This document shows positions 1-15,159 of a stretch of 64,000 bases of DNA, in pieces. The notes beneath the pieces were generated by a model. It ran no database searches, was not told the origin of the DNA, and saw nothing but the letters and a program-made list of their open reading frames with translations. Within the stretch, counting starts at the first letter, position 1. Each line of letters begins with the position of its first letter. Origin of the DNA: Escherichia coli (GTDB lineage: Bacteria; Pseudomonadota; Gammaproteobacteria; Enterobacterales; Enterobacteriaceae); assembly GCF_051903065.1 (NCBI RefSeq), contig NZ_CP178438.1. One strand, given 5' to 3'. Position numbers and translations under genes: made by a program.

Positions 1-1
1 C

Positions 2-883
2 AATGATTTTGTTCGCGCCGCCAATATCATCCTGCACTGCGAAGGCAAAGTGGTGGTTTCGGGAATTGGCAAATCGGGCCACATTGGTAAGAAAATCGCC
101 GCAACGCTTGCCAGTACTGGCACACCGGCTTTTTTTGTCCATCCGGCAGAAGCACTACACGGCGATCTGGGGATGATCGAAAGCCGCGATGTGATGCTGT
201 TTATTTCTTACTCCGGTGGCGCGAAGGAACTGGATCTGATTATTCCGCGTCTGGAAGATAAATCTATCGCGCTGCTGGCGATGACCGGCAAACCGACGTC
301 ACCGCTGGGCCTGGCGGCGAAAGCGGTGCTGGATATCTCCGTAGAACGCGAAGCCTGCCCGATGCACCTTGCGCCGACCTCCAGCACCGTCAATACCCTG
401 ATGATGGGTGACGCGCTGGCGATGGCGGTCATGCAGGCGCGCGGATTTAATGAAGAAGATTTTGCCCGCTCCCACCCAGCCGGGGCACTGGGCGCTCGCT
501 TGCTGAATAAAGTGCATCATCTGATGCGCCGTGATGACGCTATCCCGCAGGTAGCGTTAACCGCCAGCGTGATGGATGCGATGCTGGAACTCAGCCGCAC
601 CGGTCTGGGGCTGGTGGCGGTATGTGACGCTCAACAACAGGTACAAGGCGTCTTTACCGACGGCGATTTACGTCGCTGGCTGGTTGGCGGCGGCGCACTC
701 ACCACGCCAGTTAATGAAGCGATGACGGTCGGCGGCACCACGTTGCAATCGCAAAGTCGCGCCATCGACGCCAAAGAGATCCTGATGAAGCGCAAAATCA
801 CTGCCGCACCGGTGGTAGATGAAAACGGCAAACTCGTCGGCGCAATTAACCTGCAGGATTTCTATCAGGCCGGGATTATTTAA
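2..883 (+). CDS. gutQ: D-arabinose 5-phosphate isomerase GutQ (SIS + CBS domains); 5' end lies outside the window
   Basis: Frame is open from position 2 ([26 protein letters not shown]...); SIS-domain motif VVSGIGKSG and C-terminal CBS pair; stop TAA 881-883; ORF track 50..883 is the internal-Met version. Confidence 0.85.
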   Translation, partial: NDFVRAANIILHCEGKVVVSGIGKSGHIGKKIAATLASTGTPAFFVHPAEALHGDLGMIESRDVMLFISYSGGAKELDLIIPRLEDKSIALLAMTGKPTSPLGLAAKAVLDISVEREACPMHLAPTSSTVNTLMMGDALAMAVMQARGFNEEDFARSHPAGALGARLLNKVHHLMRRDDAIPQVALTASVMDAMLELSRTGLGLVAVCDAQQQVQGVFTDGDLRRWLVGGGALTTPVNEAMTVGGTTLQSQSRAIDAKEILMKRKITAAPVVDENGKLVGAINLQDFYQAGII

Positions 884-2394
884 TCCTTCAATCCCAGACG
901 TTTCGCCAGCCGATGCAGGTTGGCGACGTCGGTTTCCAGCATTCGCGCGCAGGCTGCCCAGTTGTGATGATTTTGTGCCAGTGCCTGACGAATAGTTTCA
1001 CGCTGGAACGCTTCTGTCGCTTCACGCAGGTTTTGCTTAACAACGGGCACCGCCGCCGCTTCTGGCGGCGGTAACGTCACCTCAGGAAAAGCAAAATGTT
1101 GCGCCTCAAGAATCACTTCATCGCCGCTGCGGGTGGCTCTCGCCAGCACTACCGCCCGATGAATAGCATGTTCCAGTTCGCGCACGTTCCCCGGAAAACG
1201 ATAGTGTTGCAGTAAATTTCGCGCTCCGGCACTTAATACCACGCGGGAGAGCCCCTGCCGCAAACGACACTGCTCGCAGAAATACCCCGCCAGCAGAATG
1301 ACATCATCGCCCCGCTCACGCAGCGGCGGCACCGAAAGTGGAAACACGCTCAGGCGGTGGAACAAGTCAGCGCGAAATCGCCCTGCCAGCACCTCTTCGC
1401 GTAAATCGCGGTTAGTCGCCGCCAGCACGCGCACATCGACCCGCAAACTACGGTCATCGCCAACGCGCTGAATATCGCCATACTGCAACACCCTCAGCAG
1501 CTTGGCCTGCAATGCCAACGACAACTCGCCGATCTCATCCAGAAACAGCGTGCCGTTATCCGCCATTTCAAACTTCCCACTGCGGTTACTGATTGCGCCA
1601 GTAAACGCTCCTTTCACATGCCCGAACAACTCACTTTCCGCCACACTTTCCGGCAGTGCGGCACAGTTGAGATAGACCAGCGGATTCACCGCCCGTGGCG
1701 AGGCCTCATGAATCGCTTTCGCCACCAGCTCCTTACCGGTTCCCGTCTCACCGCTGATCAGGACGTTGAGATCGGACGCCGCCACAATCTCAATCTCTTT
1801 TTTCAGTTGCGTCATGCCTGGCGACAGACCGATCATCTGCGTCTGTTTCACCGCTTCAAATGGAGCGGCATCGCCCGGCAGCATATTCTGGCTTTCCAGT
1901 TGCTCAATCAGCAACGCATTGCTTAACGCTCCCGCCGCCAGCGCGGCAATCAGGCGTAACTCTTCGTCACTGAAAACATCGAACTGATCGGGCTGCATTC
2001 CGTCGAGCGTCAATGCGCCGATCAGGTTTTGTCCGGCAAACAACGGCAGACCAACGCAGGCGTGGACCTTCAGACTCTCCTGTCCGGGAATCAAACCATC
2101 ATAGGGATCGGGCAATTCGCTGTCTGCGGGAAAGCGCACCACGTCCCCGGCGCGGGCAATCGCTTCCAGCCGTGGATGCCCTTCCAGCGCAAAGCGTCTA
2201 CCGAGTACATCCTTTGCCAGACCGTCGATGGCAAGCGGAATAAACTGCCGCGAATCGTAACGTAGCAACGCAGACGCATCGCACTCCAGCACCTGACGCA
2301 GCGTGGTGATCAGGCGCTGAAAACGATCCTGATGACCAATCCCACGCTGCAATTCGATGGCGATATTCGCCAGCACATCAACGGAAAAACTCAT
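880..2394 (-). CDS. norR: Sigma54-dependent NO-responsive transcriptional activator NorR (GAF + AAA+ + HTH)
   Basis: ORF 880..2469; start placed at [18 protein letters not shown] (ATG 2394); AAA+ motifs GETGTGKE and GAFTGA; divergent from norVW. Confidence 0.9.
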   Translation of the reverse strand: MSFSVDVLANIAIELQRGIGHQDRFQRLITTLRQVLECDASALLRYDSRQFIPLAIDGLAKDVLGRRFALEGHPRLEAIARAGDVVRFPADSELPDPYDGLIPGQESLKVHACVGLPLFAGQNLIGALTLDGMQPDQFDVFSDEELRLIAALAAGALSNALLIEQLESQNMLPGDAAPFEAVKQTQMIGLSPGMTQLKKEIEIVAASDLNVLISGETGTGKELVAKAIHEASPRAVNPLVYLNCAALPESVAESELFGHVKGAFTGAISNRSGKFEMADNGTLFLDEIGELSLALQAKLLRVLQYGDIQRVGDDRSLRVDVRVLAATNRDLREEVLAGRFRADLFHRLSVFPLSVPPLRERGDDVILLAGYFCEQCRLRQGLSRVVLSAGARNLLQHYRFPGNVRELEHAIHRAVVLARATRSGDEVILEAQHFAFPEVTLPPPEAAAVPVVKQNLREATEAFQRETIRQALAQNHHNWAACARMLETDVANLHRLAKRLGLKD

Positions 2395-2406
2395 CTTTGC
2401 CTCACT

Positions 2407-2462
2407 GTCAATTTGACTATAGATATTGTCATATTGACCATTTGATTGATAGTCATTTTGAC
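2407..2462. promoter_or_regulatory. Three NorR enhancer sites of GT-N7-AC type
   Basis: GTCAATTTGAC (2407-2417), GTCATATTGAC (2428-2438), GTCATTTTGAC (2452-2462), upstream of the sigma54 promoter. Confidence 0.6.
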
Positions 2463-2517
2463 TACTCATTAATGAGCATAATTCTATTTATATAGTAAAA
2501 ACAATCAGATAAAAAAC

Positions 2518-2533
2518 TGGCACGCAATCTGCA
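2518..2533 (+). promoter_or_regulatory. Sigma54 (-24/-12) promoter of norVW
   Basis: TGGCAC-GCAAT-CTGCA, 48 nt upstream of norV ATG; AT-rich tract between it and the NorR sites. Confidence 0.65.
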
Positions 2534-2580
2534 ATTAGCAAGACATCTTTTTAGAACACGCTGAATAAATTGAGGTTGCT

Positions 2581-4020
2581 ATGTCTATTGTGGTGAAAAA
2601 TAACATTCATTGGGTGGGTCAACGTGACTGGGAAGTGCGTGATTTTCACGGTACAGAATATAAAACGCTGCGCGGCAGCAGCTACAACAGCTACCTCATC
2701 CGCGAAGAAAAAAACGTGCTGATCGACACCGTCGACCATAAATTCAGCCGCGAATTTGTGCAGAACCTGCGTAATGAAATCGATCTGGCGGATATCGATT
2801 ACATCGTGATTAACCATGCAGAAGAGGACCACGCCGGGGCGCTGACCGAACTGATGGCACAAATTCCCGATACGCCGATCTACTGTACAGCCAACGCTAT
2901 CGACTCGATAAATGGTCATCACCATCATCCGGAGTGGAATTTTAATGTGGTGAAAACTGGCGACACGCTGGATATCGGCAACGGCAAACAGCTCATTTTT
3001 GTCGAAACACCAATGCTGCACTGGCCGGACAGCATGATGACTTACCTGACAGGCGACGCGGTGCTGTTCAGTAACGATGCTTTCGGTCAGCACTACTGCG
3101 ACGAGCATCTGTTCAACGATGAAGTGGATCAGACGGAGCTTTTTGAGCAGTGCCAGCGTTACTACGCCAATATCCTTACGCCGTTCAGCCGCCTGGTAAC
3201 GCCGAAAATTACCGAGATCCTCGGCTTTAACTTACCAGTCGATATGATAGCGACCTCTCACGGCGTGGTATGGCGCGATAACCCGACGCAAATTGTCGAG
3301 CTGTACCTGAAATGGGCGGCTGATTATCAGGAAGACAGAATCACCATTTTCTACGACACCATGTCGAATAACACCCGCATGATGGCTGACGCTATCGCCC
3401 AGGGAATTGCGGAAACCGACCCACGCGTGGCGGTGAAAATTTTCAACGTCGCCCGAAGCGATAAAAACGAAATCCTGACCAATGTCTTCCGCTCAAAAGG
3501 CGTGCTGGTCGGCACTTCGACGATGAATAACGTGATGATGCCGAAAATCGCCGGGCTGGTGGAGGAGATGACCGGATTACGCTTCCGTAACAAACGCGCC
3601 AGTGCTTTCGGCTCTCACGGCTGGAGCGGCGGTGCGGTGGATCGTCTTTCCACGCGCCTGCAGGATGCGGGTTTCGAAATGTCGCTTAGCCTGAAAGCGA
3701 AATGGCGACCAGACCAGGACGCTCTGGAGTTATGCCGTGAACACGGTCGCGAAATCGCCCGTCAGTGGGCGCTCGCGCCGCTGCCGCAGAGCACGGTGAA
3801 TGCGGTAGTTAAAGAAGAAACCTCTGCCACCACGACGGCTGACCTCGGCCCACGGATGCAGTGCAGCGTCTGCCAGTGGATTTACGATCCGGCAAAAGGC
3901 GAGCCAATGCAGGACGTTGCGCCAGGAACGCCGTGGAGTGAAGTCCCGGATAACTTCCTCTGCCCAGAATGCTCCCTCGGCAAAGACGTCTTTGAAGAAC
4001 TGGCATCGGAGGCAAAATGA
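2581..4020 (+). CDS. norV: Anaerobic nitric oxide reductase flavorubredoxin NorV
   Basis: 479 aa; metallo-beta-lactamase-like N-terminus, flavodoxin-like middle, C-terminal rubredoxin CxxC...CxxC (CSVCQW...CPEC). Confidence 0.95.
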   Translation: MSIVVKNNIHWVGQRDWEVRDFHGTEYKTLRGSSYNSYLIREEKNVLIDTVDHKFSREFVQNLRNEIDLADIDYIVINHAEEDHAGALTELMAQIPDTPIYCTANAIDSINGHHHHPEWNFNVVKTGDTLDIGNGKQLIFVETPMLHWPDSMMTYLTGDAVLFSNDAFGQHYCDEHLFNDEVDQTELFEQCQRYYANILTPFSRLVTPKITEILGFNLPVDMIATSHGVVWRDNPTQIVELYLKWAADYQEDRITIFYDTMSNNTRMMADAIAQGIAETDPRVAVKIFNVARSDKNEILTNVFRSKGVLVGTSTMNNVMMPKIAGLVEEMTGLRFRNKRASAFGSHGWSGGAVDRLSTRLQDAGFEMSLSLKAKWRPDQDALELCREHGREIARQWALAPLPQSTVNAVVKEETSATTTADLGPRMQCSVCQWIYDPAKGEPMQDVAPGTPWSEVPDNFLCPECSLGKDVFEELASEAK

Positions 4021-5150
4021 GTAACGGCATTGTGATCATCGGTTCGGGCTTCGCCGCCCGCCAACTGGTGAAAAATATTCGCAAACAGGACGCAACTATT
4101 CCATTAACCCTGATTGCCGCCGACAGCATGGATGAGTACAACAAACCTGACCTCAGCCATGTTATCAGTCAGGGGCAACGTGCCGATGACCTTACCCGCC
4201 AGACGGCGGGTGAATTTGCCGAGCAGTTTACTCTGCGCCTGTTTCCGCAAACCTGGGTGACGGATATCGATGCCGAAGCCCATGTGGTGAAAAGCCAGAA
4301 TAATCAGTGGCAATACGACAAGTTAGTGCTGGCAACCGGTGCCAGCGCCTTTGTCCCGCCTGTGCCTGGGCGTGAGTTAATGCTGACGTTAAATAGTCAG
4401 CAAGAGTATCGCGCCTGTGAAACGCAACTGCGGGATGCCCGACGCGTGTTGATTGTTGGCGGTGGTTTGATTGGTAGCGAACTGGCGATGGATTTTTGTC
4501 GTGCAGGCAAAGCGGTCACGCTCATCGACAACGCTGCCAGTATTCTGGCGTCGTTAATGCCACCGGAAGTAAGCAGCCGCTTGCAGCATCGGTTGACGGA
4601 GATGGGCGTTCATCTGCTGTTGAAATCTCAGTTGCAGGGGCTGGAAAAAACGGATTCTGGCATTCTGGCAACGCTGGACCGCCAGCGTAGTATCGAAGTG
4701 GATGCGGTAATTGCCGCCACCGGACTGCGCCCGGAAACCGCCCTGGCACGACGCGCCGGGCTGACGATTAATCGCGGCGTTTGCGTCGATAGTTATCTGC
4801 AAACCAGTAATGCCGATATTTACGCGCTGGGCGATTGCGCGGAAATTAACGGTCAGGTATTGCCGTTCCTCCAGCCGATTCAACTTAGCGCGATGGTGCT
4901 GGCAAAAAATCTTCTCGGCAATAACACGCCGCTGAAACTACCGGCGATGCTGGTGAAAATCAAAACGCCGGAATTACCGCTGCATCTGGCAGGCGAAACC
5001 CAGCGTCAGGATTTACGTTGGCAGATTAATACCGAACGCCAGGGAATGGTGGCGCGCGGCGTTGACGATGCTGACCAGCTTCGCGCCTTTGTGGTAAGTG
5101 AGGATCGGATGAAAGAGGCATTTGGATTGTTGAAAACGTTGCCGGTGTAG
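4017..5150 (+). CDS. norW: NADH:flavorubredoxin reductase NorW
   Basis: 377 aa; ATGA overlap with norV stop; FAD/NAD Rossmann motifs GSGFAA and GGGLIG. Confidence 0.93.
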   Translation: MSNGIVIIGSGFAARQLVKNIRKQDATIPLTLIAADSMDEYNKPDLSHVISQGQRADDLTRQTAGEFAEQFTLRLFPQTWVTDIDAEAHVVKSQNNQWQYDKLVLATGASAFVPPVPGRELMLTLNSQQEYRACETQLRDARRVLIVGGGLIGSELAMDFCRAGKAVTLIDNAASILASLMPPEVSSRLQHRLTEMGVHLLLKSQLQGLEKTDSGILATLDRQRSIEVDAVIAATGLRPETALARRAGLTINRGVCVDSYLQTSNADIYALGDCAEINGQVLPFLQPIQLSAMVLAKNLLGNNTPLKLPAMLVKIKTPELPLHLAGETQRQDLRWQINTERQGMVARGVDDADQLRAFVVSEDRMKEAFGLLKTLPV

Positions 5151-5154
5151 GTGG

Positions 5155-5560
<406 letters not shown>

Positions 5561-5569
5561 CAACACGTT

Positions 5570-7822
5570 TTATCCGTTCTGGACTTCACCCGCTAACCAA
5601 CGCGCCGCAGCAATAACCCCCTGCCCCAGAGACAAACCGCCATCACCCGCCGGTAAACTCTGTGGAAAGAGCAATGTGAAATCAGCGAGATAATGCGCCA
5701 GACGTGCACGCAGCAAACGGTTATGAATAACCCCGCCGCTAAATACCAGCGTAGTGATACCACGCATCGTGGCCTGCTCACGCATCAACGCGGCAAAACC
5801 CTGCGCCAGCGCATCATGAAACGCCCACGCGCGTTGATTAACCGGTGCCTGCCAGTTCAGCCACTGCTGCCAGAAAGTGGCGAGATCCAGTTGATTGTCC
5901 ACCAGCGGCATTGTCACCGGATGCGTCACTCCGTGGCATGAGGCTGCGAGCGCCTCCAGAGCACAAGCCGCTTCACCTTCATAACTTAACGTGGCTGGCG
6001 CACAGCCCAGTGCCGCCGCCACTGCATCGAACACCCGCCCACACGATGACGCCAGCGGCGCGTTAATTCCACGCTCAATGGCCCGCGCCAGTACGCTCCA
6101 GTTTTGCTGTTGCACACTTGCCGTTTCAGGGTAATTCTGCCACTCCGGCACAAAGCGCAGGCACTGCGCCAGCAGGTTACGCCACGGCTGCTTCGCCGCC
6201 AAATCGCCACCCGGAAGCGCCACTGCAGGCAAGCCGCCCAGGTGCTCACATTCGCGATAGTTCACCCGCAGGCACTCGCCGCCCCACAAAGCGCCGTTCT
6301 CCCCCATACCGATACCGTCGAGCGTCAAAGCAATGACATCACCGCCATCCAGCGGCCAGTGATGTTCTGCCAGACACGCCGCTGCATGGGCATGATGATG
6401 CAGTACCGTTTGCGTCGGCAGATTCATTTCGCGCGCCCACTGGCTGGAGACATAGCCAGGATGTGCGTCATGCACAACGTATTGCGGGGTGAAATCGTAG
6501 ATGTTTTGCATCAGGCGTAACGCTTCGCGCCACTGCATCTGGATGCCATCGTCACTTAAATCGCCCAGATGCTGGCTCAACACCGCTTGTTCACCGCGCA
6601 CCAGGCAGAAGGTATTTTTCAGATCCGCGCCGAGACACAGCACAGGCGGAACATTTTTAAAGCCCGGAGGCAAAGACAGCGCGTCCGGTACATACCCTCG
6701 CGAACGGCGCAGCATTTCGCCGCTTTCGCGCACCACTGAATCATCCATCCGCTGCACGATGTCGCGGTTATGTAGCAAGAATCCGTCGGCAATGCCCTGC
6801 AAATCCGCCAGCGCCTGTTCGTTGCTGATAGCCGGTGGTTTACCGCTCAGGTTGCCAGAGGTCATCACCAGCGGGCATTGCAGTTCCTGTAACAGCAAAT
6901 GCTGGAGCGGGTTCGCAGGCAACATTACCCCGACTTCGTTAAGGCCAGGGGCGATATCATCACAAAGCTCAGGAACGTATTTTTTATCCACCAGCACAAT
7001 CGGCGCGGCGGGCGTGGTAAGCAACTGGCGCGCAGCGTCTGGTAAACCGTCAGCCACTGGCAACATGACCGCCAGCGGTTTCGCCGGGCGATGTTTGCGC
7101 GCCCGAAGTGTCGCCACCGCGTTACTGTTACGTGCATCGCAGGCAAGATGAAATCCGCCAATCCCTTTGATGGCGACAATGTTGCCCATTTTTAACTGTG
7201 CGATAGCCGCCTGTAATGCCGCCTCTTGTTCCGCATGTTCACCATGACTTACCCATTCAAGATGTGGGCCACACTCCGGGCAGGCCACCGGCTGGGCGTG
7301 GAAGCGACGATCGAGCGGGTCGCGGTACTCTTTATCACAGGCTGGACACAGAGGAAACGCCGCCATTACGGTAAACGGGCGGTCGTAAGGCATGGCGCGA
7401 ATAATGGTGAAACGCGGGCCGCAGTGGGTACAGTTGATAAACGGATAACGATAACGCCGTTCGCCTGGGGTATTCATTTCGGCAAGGCAAGCAGGGCAAG
7501 TGGCGGCATCGGGAACAATTTGCGTATTCATGGTGCCGCCTGTGCTCTGGCGGATGGTGAACTCGGTGGGCGGCTGTGACCAGATAAACGGCTCACGCTC
7601 GACGCTATCAATACGCGCCAGTGGCGGACAGTGCTGATGCAATTGAACAAGAAACGTTTCCGGGTCTTCCAGCAGCCGGACTTCTACGCCATCGCCGTCA
7701 TTACAGACATCGCCGTGAAGATTTAATTGCTGTGCCAGTTGCCAGACAAACGGACGAAAACCGACGCCCTGCACTTTGCCACGAATACGCAGTTGGACAC
7801 CGCAAGATGTGTTTTTTGCCAT
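5570..7822 (-). CDS. hypF: [NiFe]-hydrogenase maturation carbamoyltransferase HypF
   Basis: ORF 5570..7894; start placed at [25 protein letters not shown] (750 aa); acylphosphatase domain, two zinc-finger CxxC pairs, YrdC and Kae1-like domains. Confidence 0.9.
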   Translation of the reverse strand: MAKNTSCGVQLRIRGKVQGVGFRPFVWQLAQQLNLHGDVCNDGDGVEVRLLEDPETFLVQLHQHCPPLARIDSVEREPFIWSQPPTEFTIRQSTGGTMNTQIVPDAATCPACLAEMNTPGERRYRYPFINCTHCGPRFTIIRAMPYDRPFTVMAAFPLCPACDKEYRDPLDRRFHAQPVACPECGPHLEWVSHGEHAEQEAALQAAIAQLKMGNIVAIKGIGGFHLACDARNSNAVATLRARKHRPAKPLAVMLPVADGLPDAARQLLTTPAAPIVLVDKKYVPELCDDIAPGLNEVGVMLPANPLQHLLLQELQCPLVMTSGNLSGKPPAISNEQALADLQGIADGFLLHNRDIVQRMDDSVVRESGEMLRRSRGYVPDALSLPPGFKNVPPVLCLGADLKNTFCLVRGEQAVLSQHLGDLSDDGIQMQWREALRLMQNIYDFTPQYVVHDAHPGYVSSQWAREMNLPTQTVLHHHAHAAACLAEHHWPLDGGDVIALTLDGIGMGENGALWGGECLRVNYRECEHLGGLPAVALPGGDLAAKQPWRNLLAQCLRFVPEWQNYPETASVQQQNWSVLARAIERGINAPLASSCGRVFDAVAAALGCAPATLSYEGEAACALEALAASCHGVTHPVTMPLVDNQLDLATFWQQWLNWQAPVNQRAWAFHDALAQGFAALMREQATMRGITTLVFSGGVIHNRLLRARLAHYLADFTLLFPQSLPAGDGGLSLGQGVIAAARWLAGEVQNG

Positions 7823-7974
7823 TGAGTTATTCCCGCCATCATGAATTGCGTAACCCGCCCAGCCGGACATGACAGCGTCGTATCCGGCAGTCACAGGTCG
7901 GCGATACCGCCCGCTCCGTATTCTACGAATATTTCCGGGAATTCCTTTGATGCCAGAACAGTTCTGTAAGATTT

Positions 7975-8502
7975 TTAGAACATCAGCGCCGTACGGCGGC
8001 GTTTTTCTGCGCTCAGTTGTTCAAGTTTATTACGATCGACACAAATCAGCGCATGAGTTGGGCAAGCCGCCATACACGCCGGGCCGTCTTCACGATGGTT
8101 GCACAGGTCGCATTTATTTGCTTCGGCTTTGTCAGCCCGTACGTTAAGCCCTGCGCCGCTGTTGCGAATCACCGGACGTACCACCACTTCCATCGCACCA
8201 TACGGGCAAGCCACAACGCAGGTTTTGCAACCAATGCAACGTTCCTGCATCACATGAACAAACCCTTTATCACGGCTGATAGCACCATTCGGGCAGACGT
8301 TAGCGCACGGTGCATCTTCACACTGACGGCAAACTGTCGCCGTGGAAATGTTCACACCTTTAATGACATGGATACGCGGTAGAAATGTTTCCGGGGTCAG
8401 CGATGCACAGTCCTGATTTTCCTGATGAGAAACCACGCACGCCACTTCACAGGTACGGCAACCAATACATTTACTCGCGTCAGCAATGATGAAACGGTTC
8501 AT
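7975..8502 (-). CDS. hydN: Ferredoxin-like electron transport protein HydN (4Fe-4S clusters)
   Basis: ORF 7975..8517; start at [22 protein letters not shown] (ATG 8502); multiple CxxCxxCxxxCP motifs; upstream of hypF. Confidence 0.88.
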   Translation of the reverse strand: MNRFIIADASKCIGCRTCEVACVVSHQENQDCASLTPETFLPRIHVIKGVNISTATVCRQCEDAPCANVCPNGAISRDKGFVHVMQERCIGCKTCVVACPYGAMEVVVRPVIRNSGAGLNVRADKAEANKCDLCNHREDGPACMAACPTHALICVDRNKLEQLSAEKRRRTALMF

Positions 8503-8651
8503 CAAATTCTCCAGCAATGACAGTTAATGCGCCGATACATTCACAAATCATGCCAGTTTTTAATTCACTGTTATTTAAGGAAATTAATTTCTGTAATGCA
8601 GGAAAAAAAGATGTCATCGACACTAGTGACGATGACATGTGATGACAATGT

Positions 8652-9662
8652 TTATCGCGAAAGAGCAATGAGTGAGTCGCGGCGGATCAGTTTTCCGCTG
8701 AAGGTTTTCGGCGGTGAGAAATCCCCACCATCGAGCATAAAAATCAGCCGTCCAATAATTTCCTGAATCATCTCAGTCACCGGAATTTTTACGCTGGAGA
8801 GCGCCGGAACGGTGTAGGGGGCAATAGCGATATCATCGAATCCGATAACTGACACCTGCTCTGGCACCGCTACGCCGCGCTCGTGTAACGCTTTCATCGC
8901 ACCTATCGCCATATCGTCGTTACTGGCAACTAACGCGCTAAATTTAGCCCCACGTTCGAGCAACGTTTCTACCCCTTCGGCCCCGCTGGCGGGCGTCCAT
9001 TTACCGTTAGCGATAAGTTTTTCATTGAGCGCAATACCATGCTGCACCAGCGCGTCTTTATACCCGGCAAGACGTTCAATGCTGGTGGGGGAATCCATCG
9101 AGCCGGTAAGGAAAGCAATCTCCTGATGCCCGGCGTTTATCAACTCTGCCACGGCGTTAAAGCTGGTCTGTTTATGATCGCACCAGACGCTATGGCTGCT
9201 ATTTTTGCGCAGGCGGCGATTAAGCACCATTATCGGCTGACTGTGCGCGTCAATAATGTCATCGATCTCATCCACGCTTAAAAAACGCGGGTAAATCATA
9301 ATGGCGTCGCAGCGCAAATCCAGCAGATACTGAATCGCCTGGCGCTCTTCTTCGGCGCTGTGTTTACCATCTGCCAATAGCAACTGCCGCCCTTTCTCTT
9401 CCGCCATTCGCGCGGCATGAAACAGTAATTCACTAAAATAAATGCCGTGGTAAAGCGTGTTGGTCACTACCAGCCCCAGCGTCTGAGTACTCTTCGCCGA
9501 CAGATTGCGCGCCAGCAAGTTTGGGCGGTAACCGCTCTCTTCTACCGCCTGAAACACGCGATCTTTAGTCTCCTGGCTGACGTAGCCATTACCTGAAAGC
9601 ACGCGGGAAACGGTCGCTTTTGAAACCCCGGCGCGCTTCGCCACTTCCAGCATCGTCGTCAT
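8652..9662 (-). CDS. ascG: LacI/GalR-family repressor of the asc operon
   Basis: ORF 8652..9728; start at MTTMLEVAKRAGVSKATVSRVL (HTH); periplasmic-binding-like effector domain; divergent from ascFB. Confidence 0.88.
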   Translation of the reverse strand: MTTMLEVAKRAGVSKATVSRVLSGNGYVSQETKDRVFQAVEESGYRPNLLARNLSAKSTQTLGLVVTNTLYHGIYFSELLFHAARMAEEKGRQLLLADGKHSAEEERQAIQYLLDLRCDAIMIYPRFLSVDEIDDIIDAHSQPIMVLNRRLRKNSSHSVWCDHKQTSFNAVAELINAGHQEIAFLTGSMDSPTSIERLAGYKDALVQHGIALNEKLIANGKWTPASGAEGVETLLERGAKFSALVASNDDMAIGAMKALHERGVAVPEQVSVIGFDDIAIAPYTVPALSSVKIPVTEMIQEIIGRLIFMLDGGDFSPPKTFSGKLIRRDSLIALSR

Positions 9663-9747
9663 CATTTTCATCCCTTTACACGCAATCAACGCAGTGTACT
9701 GCACCGTTTGCCGATTGTCCTTGCGCAATCGGCGGGAAAAATATTCA

Positions 9748-9837
9748 GGTGACCGGTTTCACAAATATAAAAAATGAACAATTCACTCTCTTGCTTATTC
9801 AGTGACAACTATTCATGATTTTGTGAAACCGGTTTCT
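9748..9837. promoter_or_regulatory. Paired operator-like palindromes in the ascG<>ascF intergenic region
   Basis: GTGACCGGTTTCACA (9748-9763) and TGTGAAACCGGTTTC (9823-9837), both centred on AAACCGGTTT; typical LacI-family operator geometry. Confidence 0.4.
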
Positions 9838-9921
9838 TAATTCCGTTTCAGCATCGGCATTTTTCCGTCACGTCGACTGATAACAACCACATCTACCCTA
9901 CTGATAACAGGATAAACTCCG

Positions 9922-12812
<2,891 letters not shown>

Positions 12813-12820
12813 GCAACCGT

Positions 12821-12900
12821 GCCGGATGCGGCGTGAACGCCTTATCCGGCCTACATAGTTCGTGCGACATGTAGGCCCGATAAGCGCAGCGCATCGGGCA
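12821..12900. repeat. REP/BIME pair between convergent ascB and hycI
   Basis: GCCGGATGCGGCGTGAACGCCTTATCCGGCCTACA followed by an inverted copy TGTAGGCCCGATAAGCGCAGCGCATCGGGCA. Confidence 0.75.
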
Positions 12901-12970
12901 ATTTAGCATTTGGCATCAGAGCTGGTTCACCCCATCAAGAACATCCCTGTCCTGATTCCTTATTGAAAAA

Positions 12971-13441
12971 CTACTCTTCTTCCACCGCTAACTGCGCGAA
13001 GCCGCCGTTCCCTTCCCAGCCTTCCAGTCGTTGATAAACGGTTTCTACCGCATCTTTAATCGGCTGAGTCATCGGGTAGTAAAAGCCGACGATATCCGGC
13101 TGGATGCCGAGGAAAATCACTTCGCCAATGTCTTCTTTTAACTGGTCGATAAGGTAGTTCAACGGCATGTTATGGGTAGTCATCATAAACATCTCGGCGA
13201 TATCATCCGGGTCGATGATGCGGATTTCGCCGGGGTTTAGCCCCATATCCGTGGCGTCGACAATCAGCAGTCGTGTCGGGCGCAGTTCACGGATAGCGAC
13301 GATGTCGTTTTCCGGTGCGCTACCGCCGTCAATCACCACCCAGTTACCTTTCGGCGCGGCGGCGCACTTTTCCGCCAGCAGCGGACCTGCGCCATCATCG
13401 CCCATCATGCTATTGCCAACACAGAGTAAAACGTCAGTCAC
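12971..13441 (-). CDS. hycI: Hydrogenase 3 large-subunit maturation endopeptidase HycI
   Basis: 156 aa; position at distal end of hyc operon; family recognised from translation. Confidence 0.92.
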   Translation of the reverse strand: MTDVLLCVGNSMMGDDGAGPLLAEKCAAAPKGNWVVIDGGSAPENDIVAIRELRPTRLLIVDATDMGLNPGEIRIIDPDDIAEMFMMTTHNMPLNYLIDQLKEDIGEVIFLGIQPDIVGFYYPMTQPIKDAVETVYQRLEGWEGNGGFAQLAVEEE

Positions 13442-13844
13442 GCAGTCTCCTCACCATCAAATAGATGGCGTTTTCCTGATGAATATCATGCAGCATACTT
13501 AACAGCATTGTACTCCATTCCTGCTGCTGCGAAGTTTGCGCTGCCCGGGCTTTATCGAATGCATTGGCCAGCATCGGCACATGGTTAATGTCGATGACGA
13601 TCTCACCATATTTCGGCACACCTTCCATTTTGCGGCGGGCTTCGCTGCCCGCCTCCAGAGTGGCAATCCATGCCAGATATTCATCCCACGGGCAGGTGAG
13701 CGCCGCTTCCAGGCAATCGATAACCCCAAGGTGGTGACCAATCGCCAGGCTGTAATAGACCACCTGCTGCGCCTCGGCGGGCGTGGCATCGTTCTCATCA
13801 ATAAATTTACGGCTCAGTTGACTCAACACCACCTTTTCACTCAT
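13434..13844 (-). CDS. hycH: Formate hydrogenlyase maturation protein HycH
   Basis: 136 aa; 8-nt overlap with hycI. Confidence 0.9.
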   Translation of the reverse strand: MSEKVVLSQLSRKFIDENDATPAEAQQVVYYSLAIGHHLGVIDCLEAALTCPWDEYLAWIATLEAGSEARRKMEGVPKYGEIVIDINHVPMLANAFDKARAAQTSQQQEWSTMLLSMLHDIHQENAIYLMVRRLRD

Positions 13845-14608
13845 CGGATACGCGCCTCTTCTACAACATGATTCAGATGGCTGACAATCTCGTTCAGACG
13901 CGGATCGTTTTCCGCTTCCAGCCAGCGTGCAACCTGTTCTTCGCCCTGCCCTAACTGTGTAAGGTAATCATCGGCAATCTGACGACCGTAACGATAACCC
14001 GCCAGTCGACGTGCTTCGCGATCCACTTTCACACGCAGCGGCTGCACCATATCGCCATGCAGAATTTCTGCCGGTTGTTCATCCTGCTCACCCGGCCCAC
14101 GGGCGTGAATTTTCTGCTCCAGCAGGCCGAGCGCCATTGCAAAGCCGTACAGCGTGGCGGCAGGCGTTGGCGGGCAGCCAGGGATATAAACATCCACCGG
14201 GACGATTTTATCCGTACCGCCCCACACGCAGTAGAGATCGTGGAAGATCCCGCCGCTGTTACCGCAGGCACCGTAGGAGATACAAATTTTCGGGTCCGGC
14301 GCGGACTGCCACGCACGCAGCGCAGGGGATCGCATTGCACGGGTGACCGCGCCGGTAAACAGTAAAATATCCGCATGACGCGGTGAAGGAACGACTTTAA
14401 TGCCGAAGCGTTCTGCATCAAACAGCGGCGAAAGCGTGGCGAAAATTTCGATTTCGCAGCCGTTGCAGCCGCCGCAGTCCACGCGGTAAACGTAGGCAGA
14501 GCGTTTGATTTTTTTCAGTAACGACGCCTTCATACTGGCGATGGATTCATCCACCGTCATCGGGACCGGAATGCCGTTGGCGTCACGGGGGCCTAATAAA
14601 TTGCTCAT
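13841..14608 (-). CDS. hycG: Formate hydrogenlyase (hydrogenase 3) small subunit HycG
   Basis: 255 aa; NuoB-like cysteine motifs ([12 protein letters not shown]). Confidence 0.93.
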   Translation of the reverse strand: MSNLLGPRDANGIPVPMTVDESIASMKASLLKKIKRSAYVYRVDCGGCNGCEIEIFATLSPLFDAERFGIKVVPSPRHADILLFTGAVTRAMRSPALRAWQSAPDPKICISYGACGNSGGIFHDLYCVWGGTDKIVPVDVYIPGCPPTPAATLYGFAMALGLLEQKIHARGPGEQDEQPAEILHGDMVQPLRVKVDREARRLAGYRYGRQIADDYLTQLGQGEEQVARWLEAENDPRLNEIVSHLNHVVEEARIR

Positions 14609-15150
14609 CAGATGGCCTCTTTCATATGGCGAGTCAGTTCAATACGGTCGGACGGCACCAGGCATTTCTGGCGCTTACATTCCGGGCAAGTCTCAAAGCT
14701 TTCGCGGTGGTTTTCCGCGCGGCTGTCGCCGTTGTGCTTAAGCAGCGCAATGGCGTAGTCGATCTCTTTCTGGACGGCGAAAGGACGATTGCAGACGCGA
14801 CAGTTGCACAGCGCGAAGCGGGACTGTTGCAGGAAGTCTTCTTTCTTCCACACCGCCAGTTCGTACTCTTGCGACAGCTTAATCGCCGCCGTCGGGCAAA
14901 CTTCTTCGCAGCGTCCACAGAAGATGCAACGCCCGAGATTAAACTCCCACGCAAGCTCTCCTGTGGCGAGGTCAGTTTCAACCGTTAAGGCGTTTGACGG
15001 GCAGGCATTGACGCAGGCCGCGCAGCCGATGCACTGCTGCGGGTTCTGCTCTGGCTTACCACGGAAGTTTTTATCAACCGCAATCGGCTCCAGCGGATAA
15101 GACGAGGTCGCCGTGCCGGTTTTGATGACTTTTTTGATAAAGGTAAACAT
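14608..15150 (-). CDS. hycF: Formate hydrogenlyase iron-sulfur subunit HycF
   Basis: 180 aa; two CxxCxxCxxxCP ferredoxin motifs. Confidence 0.93.
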   Translation of the reverse strand: MFTFIKKVIKTGTATSSYPLEPIAVDKNFRGKPEQNPQQCIGCAACVNACPSNALTVETDLATGELAWEFNLGRCIFCGRCEEVCPTAAIKLSQEYELAVWKKEDFLQQSRFALCNCRVCNRPFAVQKEIDYAIALLKHNGDSRAENHRESFETCPECKRQKCLVPSDRIELTRHMKEAI

Positions 15151-15159
15151 GGCGATTCC

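Noticed and set aside
880-2469. N-terminal extensions in the ORF track for norR, hypF, hydN, ascG, ascB, hycE, fhlA, rpoS, surE, cas6e, cysH, queD, ygcN, ygcO and ygcQ
   Set aside because: The track uses the longest frame including TTG/GTG starts; homologous N-termini and RBS positions support the shorter starts given in the features.
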